A stretch of 64,000 bases of DNA, taken from Ramlibacter sp. (GTDB taxonomy: Bacteria; Pseudomonadota; Gammaproteobacteria; Burkholderiales; Burkholderiaceae_C). Every line of letters starts with the position of its first letter. Position 1 is the first letter of the stretch. The stretch covers positions 14,450 through 78,449 of the forward strand of contig NZ_JAYRZR010000007.1 in assembly GCF_041916345.1 (NCBI RefSeq), read 5' to 3'. This document shows positions 44,951 through 54,199 of the stretch, one piece after another. Position numbers and translations under genes: made by a program. The notes beneath the pieces are model-generated. The model saw only the letters and a list, made by a program, of their open reading frames with translations, was not told the DNA's origin and made no database searches.

Positions 44951-46813
44951 TCACTGGTACATCGCCTCGATCTGCGGGGCGTACTTCTGCTGCACGAGCT
45001 TGCGCTTGAGCTTCATGGTGGGCGTCAGCTCCTCGTCTTCTGCCGACAGCTGCGTTTCCAGCAGATAGAACTTCTTGATCTGCTCGACCCGGGCGAACTT
45101 GGCGTTCACCTTGGCGATCTCGGCCTCGATCAGCTGCCGCACCTCGGGCGCGCGGGTGAGGCTGGTGTAGTTGGAGAAGGGCACGTCGTGGTCCTGCGCG
45201 TACTTCTCCACGTTCTCCTGCTCGATCATCACGATGGCCGTGAGATACGGCCGGCGGTCGCCGATGACGACCGCGTCGGTCACGTAGGGGCTGAACTTGA
45301 GCTCGTTCTCCCACTCGCTGGGCGTGATGTTCTTGCCGCCCGCGGTGATGATGATGTCCTTCATGCGGTCGGTGATGCGGAAGAAGCCGTCGGCGTCCAC
45401 CGTGCCCACGTCGCCGGTGTGCAGCCAGCCATCCGCCTGCAGCGTCTCGGCGGTCTTGTCGGGCTGGTTCAGGTAGCCCATGAACACGTTGTCCCCGCGC
45501 ACCAGGATCTCGCCGGTGGCGTCGTCGATCCGCACCTCGTTGTAGCCGCGCGCGCGCCCGATGGTGCCCGGCCGGATGGCCTCGGGCGTCATCGAGGTCG
45601 AGATGCCGGCCGTCTCGGTCTGGCCCCAGCACTCCAGCATCGGGATGCCCAACGCCAGGTACCAGCGGATCAGGTCCGGCGCGATCGGCGCGGCGCCCGT
45701 CACCAGGAAGCGGCAGCGATGGATGCCGATGAAGCGGCGCACGTTGTCCAGCGCGGCCAGTCCGGCCAGGCGGTACTTGAGCCGCAGCCAGGCGCTCACG
45801 GGGCGGCCGGCCTGGACCTGGTCCACCACCTCGTGGCCGACGCCGATGGCCCAGGCGTACAGCCGCTGCTGCACGGGCCCGGCCTCCTTCACGGCGATGG
45901 TCACCGCGGAATAGAACTTCTCCCACAGGCGCGGCACGCCGCCGAACACCGTGGGCGCGATCTCGCGCACGTTCTCCGGTACCGTGTCGGGGTTCTCCAC
46001 GAAGTTCATCTTCGTGCCCGTGTACAGCGACGCATACAGGCCCGTCACCCGTTCGGCCACGTGGCACAGCGGCAGGAAGCACATGCGCTCGTCGTCGGCG
46101 TCCTGCGGCAGGAACTCGTTCTGCCCCCGGACCACGGTGAGCAGGCCGCGGTGCGAGTGCATCGCGCCCTTGGGCCGGCCGGTGGTGCCGGAGGTGTAGA
46201 TCAGGATCGCCAGGTCGGCGGGCGTGCGCGAGGCGCAGCGCCGCTCGAACTCGCCCGGGTGCGCGGCGTCGAAGGCGGCGCCGCGCTGGCGCAGCGCATC
46301 GAGGGTGATCACCATCGGGTCGCTGAACTGCGCCAGGCCGGTGGGGTCGATCAGCACGATGTGGCGCAGCAGCGGCAGCTGCGCGCGCACGGCCAGCGCC
46401 TTGTCCAGCTGCTCCTCGTCCTCGACCACCAGCACGACGGTCGACGAGTCGGCGCACAGGTACTGCACCTGCTCAGCCGCGTCGGTGGGGTAGATGCCGT
46501 TGGAGACGCCGCCGGCGCTCAGCACCGCCAGATCGCACCACACCCACTCGACGCGGGTGTTGGCGAGCACCGAGACGCAATCGCCCGGCTGCACGCCGAG
46601 GTCGACCAGGCCCATGGTCAGCTCGCGCACGGTGGCGCCGACCTCGCGCCAGCTCCAGCCGCGCCAGATGCCGTAGTCCTTCTGGCGCATCAGCACCGCG
46701 TCGCCGCGGGCGGCCACGCCGTTCCAGAACAGGGCATGCAGGGTGTCGCCCGGCACGGTGGACCGCGGCCGCGGACGGAAGGAATCGAGGTTCCAGAGAG
46801 AGGGGCTCGTCAT
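44951..46813 (-). CDS. AMP-dependent (long-chain-type) acyl-CoA ligase embedded in the ABC operon
   Basis: 620 aa. YTSGTTGRPKGA. Same length and architecture as 15657..17519. Confidence 0.9.
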   Translation of the reverse strand: MTSPSLWNLDSFRPRPRSTVPGDTLHALFWNGVAARGDAVLMRQKDYGIWRGWSWREVGATVRELTMGLVDLGVQPGDCVSVLANTRVEWVWCDLAVLSAGGVSNGIYPTDAAEQVQYLCADSSTVVLVVEDEEQLDKALAVRAQLPLLRHIVLIDPTGLAQFSDPMVITLDALRQRGAAFDAAHPGEFERRCASRTPADLAILIYTSGTTGRPKGAMHSHRGLLTVVRGQNEFLPQDADDERMCFLPLCHVAERVTGLYASLYTGTKMNFVENPDTVPENVREIAPTVFGGVPRLWEKFYSAVTIAVKEAGPVQQRLYAWAIGVGHEVVDQVQAGRPVSAWLRLKYRLAGLAALDNVRRFIGIHRCRFLVTGAAPIAPDLIRWYLALGIPMLECWGQTETAGISTSMTPEAIRPGTIGRARGYNEVRIDDATGEILVRGDNVFMGYLNQPDKTAETLQADGWLHTGDVGTVDADGFFRITDRMKDIIITAGGKNITPSEWENELKFSPYVTDAVVIGDRRPYLTAIVMIEQENVEKYAQDHDVPFSNYTSLTRAPEVRQLIEAEIAKVNAKFARVEQIKKFYLLETQLSAEDEELTPTMKLKRKLVQQKYAPQIEAMYQ

Positions 46814-46820
46814 GCTCGCA

Positions 46821-47597
46821 TCACCGCCAGTTCTTCTTCTTCTTCCACCTGCGCTCGCCGCGCACGCCTTCTTCCTTCATGCCGAGGTAGAACTCCTTGA
46901 TGTCGTCCTTCTCGCGCAGGCGCTCGCAGCTGTCCTCCATGACGATGCGGCCGTTCTCCAGCACGTAGCCGTGGTCCGCGACGTTGAGCGCCATGTTGGC
47001 GTTCTGCTCCACCAGCAGGATGGTGGTGCCGCGCTCGCGGTTGATGCGCACCACGATCTCGAAGATCTCCTTGGTGAGCTTGGGCGACAGGCCCAGGCTG
47101 GGCTCGTCCAGCAGGATCAGCGTGGGCCCGGCCAGGATGGCGCGGCTGATGGCCAGCATCTGCTGCTGCCCGCCCGACAGCAGGCCGGCGTCCTGCGCCG
47201 CGCGCTCGCGCAGGATGGGGAAGTAGCGGTACACGGCCTCCATGTCACGGGCCACCGCGTCGCGGTCGCCCCGTGTGTAGGCGCCCATCAGCAGGTTGTC
47301 CCGCACCGACAGCAGCGGGAACACCTCGCGACCTTCGGGTACGTGCGAGAGGCCACGGCGAACGATCAGCGCCGGGTCCTTCGCCGTGATGTTCTCGCCG
47401 CGGAAATGCACGCTGCCCTTGCGCGGATCGAGGATGCCGGAGATGGTCTTGAGGATGGTGGTCTTGCCGGCGCCATTGGAGCCCAGCACGGTGGCGATCT
47501 CGCCCTGGCGCACGCCCAGGCTCACGCCGCGGATGGCCTTGATGGGGCCGTAGACGCTCTCGACGTTGTTCAGGGCGAGCAGGTACTCGGCGCTCAT
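46821..47597 (-). CDS. ABC transporter ATP-binding protein, LivF-like, with basic C-terminal tail
   Basis: ORF trimmed to MSAEYLLALNNVESVYG at 47597. GSNGAGKT, LSGGQQQ, LLDEP. Tail after EFYLG: MKEEGVRGERRWKKKKNWR. Confidence 0.9.
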   Translation of the reverse strand: MSAEYLLALNNVESVYGPIKAIRGVSLGVRQGEIATVLGSNGAGKTTILKTISGILDPRKGSVHFRGENITAKDPALIVRRGLSHVPEGREVFPLLSVRDNLLMGAYTRGDRDAVARDMEAVYRYFPILRERAAQDAGLLSGGQQQMLAISRAILAGPTLILLDEPSLGLSPKLTKEIFEIVVRINRERGTTILLVEQNANMALNVADHGYVLENGRIVMEDSCERLREKDDIKEFYLGMKEEGVRGERRWKKKKNWR

Positions 47598-48427
47598 GCG
47601 ACACCCCCCGCGGTGGCCGGCGCGCGCGGGCGCCGCAGCGAGGCGACATCGTCTACCGTGCCCAGGTAGGCCTCGATCACGGCCGGGTTCTGCTGCACCT
47701 CGGCCGGCGCGCCCAGGGCCAGCACCTCGCCCTGGTTCATGGCGAGCACGCGGTCGCTCACCTTGGACACCAGGCCCATGTCGTGCTCCACCATCAGGAT
47801 GGTGATGCCCAGGTCGCGCTGGATGTCCTGGATCCAGAAGGCCATGTCGCCGGTTTCCTCCACGTTCAGGCCCGACGAGGGCTCGTCGAGCAGCAGCAGC
47901 TTCGGCTCGGTCGCCAGCGCGCGCGCCAGCTCCACCACCTTGCGCACGCCGTACGGCAGCCCGGCCACCAGCGTGTCGCGGTAGTGCTGCAGCTCCAGCA
48001 GGTCGATCACCTCCTCCACCTTGCGGCGCGTCTGGCGCTCGGCCTCGCGCACCGAGGGCAGGAACAGCATGTCGGCCCACAGGTTGGTGCGGCGGTGCAC
48101 GTGGCGGCCGATCAGCAGGTTCTGCAGCACCGTGGCGTGCTCGAACAGCTCGATGTTCTGGAAGGTCCGCGCGATGCCCAGCGGCGCGATCCGCGAGGGC
48201 GCCACCTCGGCCAGGTTGCGGCCCTCGTAGGTGAGCGTGCCCGCCGTCGGGTTGTAGATGCGGCTGATCAGGTTGAACACCGTTGTCTTGCCGGCGCCGT
48301 TGGGGCCGATGAGGGTGAACACCTCGCCGCGCCGCACGTCGAAGCTGACCTGGTTGACGGCCAGCACGCCGCCGAAGCGCACGGTGAGGTCGCGCGCGGA
48401 CAGCAGGATGTCGGGGGAGGTCGTCAT
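47594..48427 (-). CDS. ABC transporter ATP-binding protein, LivG-like
   Basis: ORF trimmed to MTTSPDILLSARDLTVRFGG at 48427. GPNGAGKT. ATGA overlaps on both sides. Confidence 0.9.
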   Translation of the reverse strand: MTTSPDILLSARDLTVRFGGVLAVNQVSFDVRRGEVFTLIGPNGAGKTTVFNLISRIYNPTAGTLTYEGRNLAEVAPSRIAPLGIARTFQNIELFEHATVLQNLLIGRHVHRRTNLWADMLFLPSVREAERQTRRKVEEVIDLLELQHYRDTLVAGLPYGVRKVVELARALATEPKLLLLDEPSSGLNVEETGDMAFWIQDIQRDLGITILMVEHDMGLVSKVSDRVLAMNQGEVLALGAPAEVQQNPAVIEAYLGTVDDVASLRRPRAPATAGGVA

Positions 48428-49500
48428 TTCAGGCGATCCGACTTCTGGAAGGTTTTCTGGCGCTTGAACATGCCGCGGCGGTAGAACGGGTACAGCTCCA
48501 GCCAGGTGCGCACCTTGAGCCAGCGGCCGTACAGGCCCATGGGCTCCAGCATCACGAAGGCGATGAGGATCACGCCGTACACCACGCCCTGCAGGCCGGC
48601 GGCCTGGCCGATCACGGGCGGCAGCACGTCCTTGCCGAGCGAGATCAGCTGCGGCATCACGATCAGGAAGGCCGCGCCGAGGAAGGCGCCGTGCACCGAT
48701 CCCAGGCCGCCCACCACCACCATCAGCAGCAGGTCGATCGACTGCACGATGCTGAACTGCTCGGGCGAGATGAACTGCATCTTGTGCGCGTACAGCGCGC
48801 CGCCCAGGCCCGCCAGCGCCGCGGAAATGGCGAACGACATGGACTTGTAGATGGACAGGGTGATGCCCATGCTCTGCGCGGAGATCTCCGAGTCGCGCAT
48901 GGCCACGAAGGCGCGGCCGGTGGGCGAGCGCAGCAGGTTCATCACCAGCAGGGTGCTCAGGGTCACGCAGGCCAGGCACAGCAGGTAGAAGCTCTCGGCG
49001 CTGGCGATCTTCCAGTCGCCGATGGCCGGCGCCACCACCGAGCGGCCGGCGTTGCCGCCGGTCACGCTTTCCCAGCGGGCCAGCACTTCCTCGACGATGA
49101 AGCCGAACGACAGGGTGGCGATGCCCAGGTACAGGCCCTTCACCCGCAGCGCGGGCAGTCCCACCACCACGCCCACGGCGCCCGACAGGGCGACCGCGCT
49201 GGCCATGGCCAACGGGAACGGCCAGCCGCGCGCGGTGAGGTAGGCCTCGGCGTACGCGCCCACGCCCATGAAGGCGGCGTGGCCGATGGAGAACTGCCCG
49301 GTGAAGCCGGCCAGCAGCATCAGGCCCACGCCGACGGTGGCGTAGATGTAGATGAAGGTGAGCTGCGCCAGCCAGTATTCGGGCAGCACCCAGGGGGCCG
49401 CCAGCACGGCTAGGCCGAGCAGGCCGTACCAGAAGCGCTGGCCGTTGTGGCGGGCCAGGTCGATGTCCTGGTCGTACGAAGTCTTGAAGACGAAGCGCAT
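48424..49500 (-). CDS. ABC branched-chain-type permease, LivM-like
   Basis: 358 aa. GFTGQFSIGHAAF motif. Confidence 0.9.
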   Translation of the reverse strand: MRFVFKTSYDQDIDLARHNGQRFWYGLLGLAVLAAPWVLPEYWLAQLTFIYIYATVGVGLMLLAGFTGQFSIGHAAFMGVGAYAEAYLTARGWPFPLAMASAVALSGAVGVVVGLPALRVKGLYLGIATLSFGFIVEEVLARWESVTGGNAGRSVVAPAIGDWKIASAESFYLLCLACVTLSTLLVMNLLRSPTGRAFVAMRDSEISAQSMGITLSIYKSMSFAISAALAGLGGALYAHKMQFISPEQFSIVQSIDLLLMVVVGGLGSVHGAFLGAAFLIVMPQLISLGKDVLPPVIGQAAGLQGVVYGVILIAFVMLEPMGLYGRWLKVRTWLELYPFYRRGMFKRQKTFQKSDRLK

Positions 49501-49504
49501 GGCG

Positions 49505-50380
49505 TCAGACCTTCTTTCGCACGCGTTCGCCGAACAGGCCGGTGGGCTTGATGGTCAGCATCACGAGCACCACCACGTAGGGCATCACGTCCTTGAAGCC
49601 CTCGGGCAGGTAGAAGCCCGACAGCGACTCCACCAGGCCGATGATCACGCCGCCGACGATGGCGCCGGGCAGGCTGCTGAAGCCGCCGACAATGGCCGCG
49701 GGAAAGGCCTTCAGCCCGATGAAGCCCATGTTGGCGTGCACGAAGGTGAAGGGCGCCAGCAGGATGCCCGCCACCGTGGCCACCGCCGCTGCCAGGCCCC
49801 ACACCAGGCCGTTGAGTCGCTGCACGGGAATGCCCATGTAGTAGGCCGCCAGCTGGTTCTGCGACGAGGCCTGCATGGCGATGCCGATGCGCGTGTAGCG
49901 GAACACGGCCCACAGCACCAGGCACAGCGCGGCCGTGCAGCCGATGATGACCATCTGCTCGGCGGCCAGCACCACGCCACCGGCGTTGAGCGACGCGCCC
50001 TTGTAGGGCACGGCCAGCGCATGCGTGTCGGTGCCGATGCCGGGCACCATCGTGACGCCGCCGCGCGCGATGTAGCCGAGGCCGAAGGTAAGCATCACGA
50101 TCGAGAACGCTGGCTGGCCCAGCACGGGGCGGATGACCGCGCGTTCAATGCCCAGGCCCACCAGCGCCATGGCCGCCACGGCCAGCAGCGCGGCCAGCCA
50201 GAACGGCAGGCCCAGGATGCCCATGCCCGCCAGGGTGAAGAAGGCGCCCAGCATCATCAGCTCACCCTGGGCGAAGTTCACCGTCTCGGTGGCCTTGTAG
50301 ATGAGGACGAAGCCGAGCGCCACGAGGCCGTAGACGCAACCTTGTGCAATGCCCGCCACGATGATCTGCAATAGCAGCAA
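49505..50380 (-). CDS. ABC branched-chain-type permease, LivH-like
   Basis: Track ORF 49505..50440 re-started at TTG 50380 (LLLLQIIVAGIAQGCVYGL). AGGAGA lies 6 nt upstream on the minus strand. The N-terminus then matches LivH proteins. Confidence 0.8.
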   Translation of the reverse strand: MLLLQIIVAGIAQGCVYGLVALGFVLIYKATETVNFAQGELMMLGAFFTLAGMGILGLPFWLAALLAVAAMALVGLGIERAVIRPVLGQPAFSIVMLTFGLGYIARGGVTMVPGIGTDTHALAVPYKGASLNAGGVVLAAEQMVIIGCTAALCLVLWAVFRYTRIGIAMQASSQNQLAAYYMGIPVQRLNGLVWGLAAAVATVAGILLAPFTFVHANMGFIGLKAFPAAIVGGFSSLPGAIVGGVIIGLVESLSGFYLPEGFKDVMPYVVVLVMLTIKPTGLFGERVRKKV

Positions 50381-50491
50381 CGCCTGTCTCCTGTGGCCGC
50401 GTGTGATCCGCGGCATTCGTTCTGGGATGCGAAGGCGCAAGGCCTTCGGGGAAGCGCAGCTTAGGGTCGGGGGTGCGCGGGATTTATCGTC

Positions 50492-50884
50492 TTATCCGAC
50501 GAATTCGCGGCCTCGGCCGCGCACGCGCACGTAGGTGCTGTAGGTGGGCTGGTCGACCGCCACCTTCCGCAGCGTGACTTGCCACAGGTGGTCCAGCAGC
50601 AGCGGGTCGTCCCAGGCGATGGTGCCGGCGGTGATGGCTTCGCACAGCGCGCGTTGCAGCGCGTCCAGATCGTCGACGTCGCTGCGCAGCAGATGCTGAA
50701 GGCCTGCGCGTTCGGCCGCGTCGCCCTCGGCGAGGTCTGGCAGCTGGCGCTGCACGATCTGTAGCAGGCTGGCCGCGATGCGTGCGTCGTAGGCTGCGCG
50801 GCCGTCGAGGCCGGGCACCGCGGTGTCGCGCAGGAAGCGGATCACACCGTCCAGCAGCGCGTGGGGGGAGGGTTCGTCTTGCAT
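50492..50884 (-). CDS. Small helical protein of unknown function (resembles proteins annotated DUF6285), partner of the upstream kinase
   Basis: ORF 50492..51712 trimmed to MQDEPSPHALLDGVIRFLRD at 50884. 130 aa. Lies 5 nt after the kinase stop. Confidence 0.7.
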   Translation of the reverse strand: MQDEPSPHALLDGVIRFLRDTAVPGLDGRAAYDARIAASLLQIVQRQLPDLAEGDAAERAGLQHLLRSDVDDLDALQRALCEAITAGTIAWDDPLLLDHLWQVTLRKVAVDQPTYSTYVRVRGRGREFVG

Positions 50885-50889
50885 GGTCG

Positions 50890-51894
50890 TCAGCGCCGCG
50901 GCGCCAGCAGGTGCAGCAGTTCGATTTCGGACTCCGAGGCGCGGCGGCCCACGGCGGCGCGTTCCAGGGCGGGGTCGACTCCGGTGCGGAAGGCGCGGCC
51001 CATGCTGTCGCAGGACACGCACCACTTGAAGGTGCCGAACACCTCCCACCAGTGCACGCGGGCCACATCCACCGGGCGCCCGGTGATGGCCGAGTAGCCT
51101 TCGAACAGCGCCTCGCGTGGGCCCAGGCCGCCGGCCGGCTGGTCGATCCGGCCGTAGCGCCAGGCGTTCATGCAGAACAGGCCGAGGTCTTCCATCGGGT
51201 CGCCCAGGTGGGCAAGCTCCCAGTCGAGCACACCGCGAATGCCATGCGGGCCGACCATCAGGTTGCCGACGCGGAAGTCCGCATGCACCAGCGTGGCCTC
51301 GCCCGGCGGCGGGGGCGCATGGTCCAGCAGCCAGCGCAGCGCCCAGGCCAGCACAGGCCGCATGCTGCCGCCGGCACGCAGGCGCTCTGCCCAGCCCAGC
51401 GCCTCGTCGCGCGCGAACGCCGTCCGCAGCGGTGGCAGCGCGGCGCGGGGCAGCGCATGGATGCGCGCGAGCAGCGTGCCGCATTGCCGCGCGAGCTGCG
51501 GCCGGATGGCGTCGAAGGCGGCATCGCGCAGGATGCGCGGGCCGCGCGTCTCGCCTTCCAGGCGCTGCATGACATAGCCCTCGCCCAGGCCGTCTTCGGG
51601 CTGCAGTTCGCCGTGCAGGGCCGGCACCGGCACGCCGCCCGCGGCGGCGAGCCGCAACAGCGCCGCCTCGGCGGCCATGCCGGCGCTCCCGGCCTGTGCC
51701 TCGGCGCTCCACTGCCGCGCGATGCGCACGATCAGTGGCATCGCGCCGTGCGGCGTGACGGCGTCGAAGGCCCAGAGGGCCTGACTCGCGCCGCTGGTGA
51801 TTTCATGCACGGCGGCCACTGCGGTGGTGCCGGGCATGCAGCGCGTGGCCACGGCCAGCAGCCGCTCGGCCATCGCCTCGGGGGGGGCCGACAT
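50890..51894 (-). CDS. Aminoglycoside-phosphotransferase (APH)/choline-kinase-fold kinase
   Basis: ORF trimmed to MSAPPEAMAERLL at 51894. Catalytic loop HADFRVGNLM and DWELAHLGDPMEDL. Confidence 0.85.
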   Translation of the reverse strand: MSAPPEAMAERLLAVATRCMPGTTAVAAVHEITSGASQALWAFDAVTPHGAMPLIVRIARQWSAEAQAGSAGMAAEAALLRLAAAGGVPVPALHGELQPEDGLGEGYVMQRLEGETRGPRILRDAAFDAIRPQLARQCGTLLARIHALPRAALPPLRTAFARDEALGWAERLRAGGSMRPVLAWALRWLLDHAPPPPGEATLVHADFRVGNLMVGPHGIRGVLDWELAHLGDPMEDLGLFCMNAWRYGRIDQPAGGLGPREALFEGYSAITGRPVDVARVHWWEVFGTFKWCVSCDSMGRAFRTGVDPALERAAVGRRASESEIELLHLLAPRR

Positions 51895-51899
51895 CGCGT

Positions 51900-52943
51900 T
51901 CAGCTCCAGCCGAGGCGGTGCGAGATCGGGATGCCGTCCGTCACCACGTCGCAGAACTCCGACATCCCCAGCGTCGTGCGGCCATCGCACTGGTACTCGG
52001 TCATGGCCTCGGTGATGCGCGTGAAGCTGGCGGGGTCTGCGCCCGCCGCGGGCTTGTGGCGCAGCGGGATCAGCGAGCGCACGCGGCCCGCCAGCGTGTA
52101 GCTGCGGGCGTCGGTGTCGAAGCTGACGGTGAAGGCGCGATGCATGAAGTGCTCGTCCCACTCGGTCTGCATCCGCACGTTGCGCACCGGCTGCAGCGCG
52201 CCACCCCCCTCGCACACGTGGCCGATGATGAACGGCTCCTGGCCCTCGCGGCCCATGATGGACAGCAGCACCGAGAAGTCGGGCCCGAAGGTCACGGGCA
52301 GCCAGCGGTACCAGTAGAAGTTGTGCCAGTGGCGCGGGCCCCAGGACTTATCGCGGTAGCCGGTGCCGCTGTCGATGGGATGCCGCACGCCGTCCACGGT
52401 GATGTGGCCCCGCGCGGCCAGGTGCTGTTCGGTGTGGCCGCGGAAGACGGCGTGCACCGGGTCCAGCACGATGGGCTGGCCGTCCAGGGTGACGATCTCG
52501 CCGCCGTGCATGGGCGACACGCCCTCGAAGTCGAGCTCGATCAGGGCCGGCCGCTTGGGGTTGGCCTTGAAGGCGGCGCCAGGGTGGGCCATGTCCAGCG
52601 GGTTGCGCAGGATCAGCAGTTCGCCTTCGTAACGCACGCGGAAGCGCTTGAACGGCTCCAGCACGTCGAAGCGCAGCGCGCCCGCGTTCATCTCGCGGTT
52701 GTGCGTGATGGCGGGCCGGGCGTACATGAAGCCCACCGAGCCGTCGGCCAGGTGCACGCAGCACGTCATCTCGGCATGGCCTTCGTTCACGCGGTTGCCG
52801 ATGCGCATCCACGCGCCCATGCCTTCAGCCAGGCTGAAGGCATTGAAGTACATGCTCTCGTTGTAGTTGGTGGCCGCTTCGGGTTCGTGCGTGTAGTCGT
52901 CACGCGGATCGAGCTTCAGCCGGGTGCCTTCGGGGATGATCAT
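51900..52943 (-). CDS. Conserved-looking hypothetical protein, function unknown
   Basis: 347 aa from MIIPEGTRLKLDP (ATGA overlap with the upstream VOC gene). Notable motif YRDKSWGPRHWHNFYWYRW. No family recognised with confidence. Confidence 0.7.
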   Translation of the reverse strand: MIIPEGTRLKLDPRDDYTHEPEAATNYNESMYFNAFSLAEGMGAWMRIGNRVNEGHAEMTCCVHLADGSVGFMYARPAITHNREMNAGALRFDVLEPFKRFRVRYEGELLILRNPLDMAHPGAAFKANPKRPALIELDFEGVSPMHGGEIVTLDGQPIVLDPVHAVFRGHTEQHLAARGHITVDGVRHPIDSGTGYRDKSWGPRHWHNFYWYRWLPVTFGPDFSVLLSIMGREGQEPFIIGHVCEGGGALQPVRNVRMQTEWDEHFMHRAFTVSFDTDARSYTLAGRVRSLIPLRHKPAAGADPASFTRITEAMTEYQCDGRTTLGMSEFCDVVTDGIPISHRLGWS

Positions 52944-53392
52944 GCGCGCGGCTCCGGTTCCCACACCTGCGCCCATTCGCGCTCGGACAGGATTTCGACC
53001 ATCGCGCCGTTGGTGGCGCGCGGGCTCAGGATGAGCCGGTCATCGCCCCGGCCGGTGGACGTGGGCCGGGCGGCAAACCGCACGCCCTGCGCTTCCAGTT
53101 CGCGCGCCACCACGCCGGTGTCCTCGTCCACCATGCACAGATGCAGCATGCCTTCGCCATGCTCGCGCAGGCGGCGCGCCACCGGGTTGGCGGTGTCGGC
53201 TTCGTCCACCACCTGCACCAGTTCCACCATGAACTGGTCGGGCGTGCCGTCGCGCGACAGGAAGACCGAGCGCAGGCCCTCGGGCGGGACTTCCATGCGC
53301 TTGATCTCGCGGTAGCCGAACAGCTGCGCCCAGCGGGCGATGGCAGCGTCCAGGTCGTGCACCAGCACGCCTACGTGGGTGATTCGCTTCAT
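52940..53392 (-). CDS. VOC (glyoxalase/bleomycin-resistance/methylmalonyl-CoA-epimerase-like) family protein
   Basis: 150 aa. ITHVGVLVHDLDAA start of the first beta-alpha-beta-beta-beta module. HLCMVDED in the second. Confidence 0.8.
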   Translation of the reverse strand: MKRITHVGVLVHDLDAAIARWAQLFGYREIKRMEVPPEGLRSVFLSRDGTPDQFMVELVQVVDEADTANPVARRLREHGEGMLHLCMVDEDTGVVARELEAQGVRFAARPTSTGRGDDRLILSPRATNGAMVEILSEREWAQVWEPEPRA

Positions 53393-53416
53393 GGTCGGGG
53401 TCTTCTGGTGGCGGGC

Positions 53417-54199
53417 TCAGCGGCCCGCGAACACGGCGGGGCGCCGGGCCAGGAAGGCCTGCACGGCCTCCTGGTGGTCGTGGGTCGCGGTGGCGTGGAT
53501 CTGCTGCACGGCTTCGTACTCAAGCAGTTCCGCGAAACCCCGGGTCTGGGCGGCCAGCAGGTTGCGCTTGATGCCGGCGTGGGCCAGCAGCGGGCCGGCC
53601 GCGAAGCGCTGCGCCCAGGCCTGCGTCTCGGCGGCCAGTGCGTCGTCGTCGACCAGGCGCGTGGCAAGGCCCAGGGCCTCGGCCTGGGCGGCGTCGAAGA
53701 TGTCGCCTGTCAGCAGCAGCTCGCGGGCCCTGGGCTCGCCCACGATGCGGGGCAGCTGCCACGACACGCCGAAGTCGGTGACGAGCCCGATCTTCACGAA
53801 GGCGGCGCCGAACTTGGCCGAGCGCGCCACGAGGCGGAAGTCACAGCACAGCGCCATGCCCAGGCCCGCGCCCATGGCCGGGCCCTGGATGCTGGCGATG
53901 GTAACCTTGGGGCAGGTGGCCAGGGCCAGGGGCACGCGGTGGCCCCAGCGCACCCAGTCGAGCTTCTGCTGCGGTGTGCGCGGATCGGGGTTGGCCATGC
54001 CCTTCACGTCGCCGCCGGCGCAGAAGGCGCGGCCGGCCGCGGCCAGCACGATGGCGCCGACGGCCGGGTCGCGGCCCAGCCGGTCCAGCGCTGCCAGCAG
54101 GGCCTCGATCATCGGGTCCGACAGCGCGTTCAGGCTGTCCGGGCGGTTCAGGGTGAGGGTGGCGACGCCGCCCTCGACATGTTCGATCAGGTCGGCCAT
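53417..54199 (-). CDS. Enoyl-CoA hydratase/isomerase (crotonase fold)
   Basis: ORF trimmed to MADLIEHVEGGVATLTLNRP at 54199. GRAFCAGGDV. Confidence 0.9.
   Translation of the reverse strand: MADLIEHVEGGVATLTLNRPDSLNALSDPMIEALLAALDRLGRDPAVGAIVLAAAGRAFCAGGDVKGMANPDPRTPQQKLDWVRWGHRVPLALATCPKVTIASIQGPAMGAGLGMALCCDFRLVARSAKFGAAFVKIGLVTDFGVSWQLPRIVGEPRARELLLTGDIFDAAQAEALGLATRLVDDDALAAETQAWAQRFAAGPLLAHAGIKRNLLAAQTRGFAELLEYEAVQQIHATATHDHQEAVQAFLARRPAVFAGR

Noticed and set aside
50492-50501. Possible seventh operator copy upstream of importer 2 (TTATCCGACG at the end of the DUF6285-like gene).
   Set aside because: Only the left arm and part of the spacer match. The expected right arm CGGWYTA is absent (TCGCGGC). 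It is at best a half-site, so I did not count it.
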